Source of the DNA: an uncultured Oscillospiraceae bacterium
GTDB lineage: Bacteria > Bacillota > Clostridia > Oscillospirales > Ruminococcaceae
Direction of reading: 5' to 3'
Length of the DNA stretch: 64,000 nt
Assembly: GCA_949285935.1 (NCBI GenBank)
Contig: CASEAH010000011.1
Coordinates: forward strand, 88,651-152,650
This document shows, piece by piece, positions 61,607 through 64,000 of the stretch; position 1 is the first letter of the stretch, and every line of letters starts with the position of its first letter. The notes beneath the pieces were generated by a model. That model had not been told where the DNA came from and made no database searches. It was given only the letters and a program-made list of their open reading frames with translations. The position numbers and the translations under genes are program-made.

Positions 61607-62240
61607 CCGGCTGCAGGCGCCTGGTCTTTGCCCGGAACATTTCTCCTGGTAAAAAAGCGCCTCTCCCACCCGGTTGCTCCCCCAATGCTGCTGATGAGAG
61701 ACCATGGGATATTTGTGCCTTCCGTCAGACGGTACAGAGAGCGATCTATGGGAGGACAGCCATCTGACGCCATGGTGCAGACAGCTTCTTATGGCAGTTC
61801 TCCAGATAATCTCTCCATCTCATCTTTCACTCTGGGGCCCTCTTGTACGCAGCCATACCCCAAAATTACGGCACGGTTGTAAAAAGCAAATTTCTCTCTC
61901 ACTTCTTCGGTTTTTTCTTAGGGCGGTTGCTTTTTCTCAAATCCCTTTTCCGTTTCCCTTCCGGGCTGTAAAGCAGCATATGATTTTCGTGCTGCATTTA
62001 AGAGGGGCTCTGCCGGTGGACAGGCTGAGTCCCTCTTTGTCCTTATAAAACAGTGCGCTTATATTTTTTATTGGCAAAGCACCTCTCTTTCCTTCTGTTC
62101 CGGGAAGTGTTTCCAGCGCCCGGGCGGATGTGTCCCTGTTTGCCGCCCCGGGGCGCTCCAGCGGCTGCAACTGGATTTTCTTGAGGATTCCGCCCTCTGT
62201 TCCATACCTTTTTTGCAAAGGCCCCGGAACAATTCTCATC

Positions 62241-62666
62241 TTAATCCTCGCTGCCGGAAGAAAGTTTCTTTTCAAAGAAAAACTCGCTGTGCTCTCCAAA
62301 GCAGGGGGTAATGGCGCAAAGCTGTGTATAGCCCCGGGCCCGATAAAATTCAGGCGCCTGGTAACTGTAGGTACTCAAAAGGACGCGGCGCAGGCCATCC
62401 CGGGCAGCGAGACTCTCCACATGTACCAGCAGATAGCTGCCCAGGCCCTTTCCCCTGTACTGCTCGTCCACAAATAAAAACTCCACCTCCAGAGTGTCGA
62501 AGGTGCTTCTGGCAACGATCCCCGCCACCATTTTCCCCTGGTCAACGATGTGATAGCTGTAATCCTTCCTCACTCCTGCAAATTGGCGGTTATATTCCCG
62601 CAGCCGCTGATGGATCTCTTCACTTTCTTTGTCTGTGCTGGGCAGGATCATAAATGGTTGTTTCAT
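62241..62666 (-). CDS. GNAT family N-acetyltransferase
   Basis: LFVDEQYRGKGLGS, STYSYQAPEFY..GY; start after AGAGGG. Confidence 0.85.
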   Translation of the reverse strand: MKQPFMILPSTDKESEEIHQRLREYNRQFAGVRKDYSYHIVDQGKMVAGIVARSTFDTLEVEFLFVDEQYRGKGLGSYLLVHVESLAARDGLRRVLLSTYSYQAPEFYRARGYTQLCAITPCFGEHSEFFFEKKLSSGSED

Positions 62667-63265
62667 GGTGTTTCCCTCTCTTTTTCTTGATGGCCTGCTC
62701 CCTACGGATGAGCCGCGCCTCCTTCTGCAGGAATCCCCCGTGCCCCGTGGAATGGGGCGCGGGGGATTGTGTTTTGTACAGTATGACACCCAAAGAGCGT
62801 GGTCCCTTTATTTTTGAAATGAGAGCCTGCAGTCCAAACAGTGGGGTTAGAAAACTCCGGAAGGGCTTGGGAGAACCGTTCTCTCAAGAGGCGCTGAGCC
62901 ATTTTCCCTGCATCGCCTGTCCCGCTGTCCGTAAGCGTACCCTATGATTCTCGACAAAGCCTGTTTGCAGATCGGCTTTTGCAAAAAATCCGCTCTTTTC
63001 CTTCCTGAATCGTAAAGCAGTTTGGACCCCAGCCAACAAACACAGTGCCAGACGGCCCCGCTGCCCCGGCATCCATGCTGCCGGTCAAAGAAATTTTCGT
63101 CTTCCGGGGGCGGGCAGAAGGCAAAATTCCTGCTCCTTTTCTCCACAGCAAGTCGTCGGGGCGTTTTCCCATCCTTTGCGCCGTTTTCCAGCTCATTCCG
63201 GCAGGTTTTCAGTTGGTCCGCCCAAACCCATTCAGGGTACAGGACCTTGGTGGTCCGCCAGAGGG

Positions 63266-64000
63266 TCACTGCTGTTCCGGAGAGCCGCCATCTGCCGGTT
63301 GGGCGGAAAGGAACCGATAGTCCTCTTCCTCCTCCTGAGAAAGCAGGTAGGTATATATCCGCTGGTTCTGAGTTTGCAGGGGATCGGTGTAGGTGCGCAC
63401 CTCCACACAGATAGTGCCGTCCTCCCCGACGCTGCTGCCCATCACCAGGCAGTTGGCTCCGGAACCGCTCCTGCCCGGAGTCAGATAAACGTCCCTTTGC
63501 GGATCGTAACAGCCGGTTTCCCGGGCATCAAACCCTTCCAGTCCAAACCATTCCAAAGCCGCTTCTTCCAAAGTCTCGGGTTGGATCCCCTCCATTACCT
63601 GGTCAAAGGACATTTCCTCCGCCAGTCGGGTCAGGCAGTATTCCGCCACCATCTCTTCCGAAAGATCTCCCGTATCGGCAAAGGTCTGTGGGCCAAAAAG
63701 TTCCACCCATTTCAGCACTGCTTCACAGGCCGCATCCTGCCGGTCCTGATAGGGCAGCAGGTTGTAGGGGACCGGTTCTGCAGGGCGGAACTGCCCTACA
63801 ATCAATTCTCCGGACATCTCCCCCGAAGTGACTTCCAGCCGGTACCGGTTCTCCCCTTGGGGAAAGGTTCCCCCGTTTTCCGAGACGCTGAAGGAAACCT
63901 CATACAGGCCATAGCCCGGTCCTTCCTCCAGAGTTTCGGTAATCCGGGCCTGGGCCACTCCGGCAGATGCCCAGCTGCTGTAAGTACCGGGCACGGCTTG
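63266..64000 (-). CDS. Hypothetical (probably extracytoplasmic) protein, 3' part; start lies beyond the window
   Basis: Long acidic ORF open to the window edge with host-like codon usage. Confidence 0.6.
   Translation of the reverse strand, partial: QAVPGTYSSWASAGVAQARITETLEEGPGYGLYEVSFSVSENGGTFPQGENRYRLEVTSGEMSGELIVGQFRPAEPVPYNLLPYQDRQDAACEAVLKWVELFGPQTFADTGDLSEEMVAEYCLTRLAEEMSFDQVMEGIQPETLEEAALEWFGLEGFDARETGCYDPQRDVYLTPGRSGSGANCLVMGSSVGEDGTICVEVRTYTDPLQTQNQRIYTYLLSQEEEEDYRFLSAQPADGGSPEQQ

Overview
Chromosomal, mostly core-genome window from a moderately GC-rich anaerobic Firmicute (gene content and sigma-A promoters fit Clostridia, Oscillospiraceae/Ruminococcaceae-like; inference). Left to right: 5' end of citD with a divergent LysR; a membrane diguanylate cyclase (AGDEF); flavodoxin/WrbA; an M20 amidohydrolase-YfcC transporter-LysR module; exonuclease III; a Fur/PerR-family regulator and rubrerythrin; a Ser/Glu/Ala-repeat lipoprotein; dinB with a LexA box; an MBOAT-DHHW O-acetylation operon ending in an orphan DctP-like lipoprotein; EamA, a CofE-like ligase and a P-loop kinase; an hfsABCD-type sensory/catalytic [FeFe]-hydrogenase operon with a perfect Rex box; a NagA-like/HD/AadA-like nucleotidyltransferase trio; a ~1170-aa cell-surface protein; MATE; rplU-rpmA-obgE-mrnC-yitT-dedA; ymfF-ymfH-lgt-folD; potABCD; tRNA-Pro(GGG); a maltodextrin ABC/malQ/LacI operon; ybaK, trxB, ymfI, a GNAT and a truncated gene. 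No CRISPR, prophage or intact transposase is seen. The most unusual signals are five Ig-like repeats each carrying a C-x37-43-C-x3-6-H-x4-9-H motif plus an N-terminal RTX-like cap in the surface protein, two copies of a ~150-bp MITE-like element, loss of both prp and the L27 pro-peptide, and the divergent NagA-HD-nucleotidyltransferase cluster. All calls were made by eye, without database searches.
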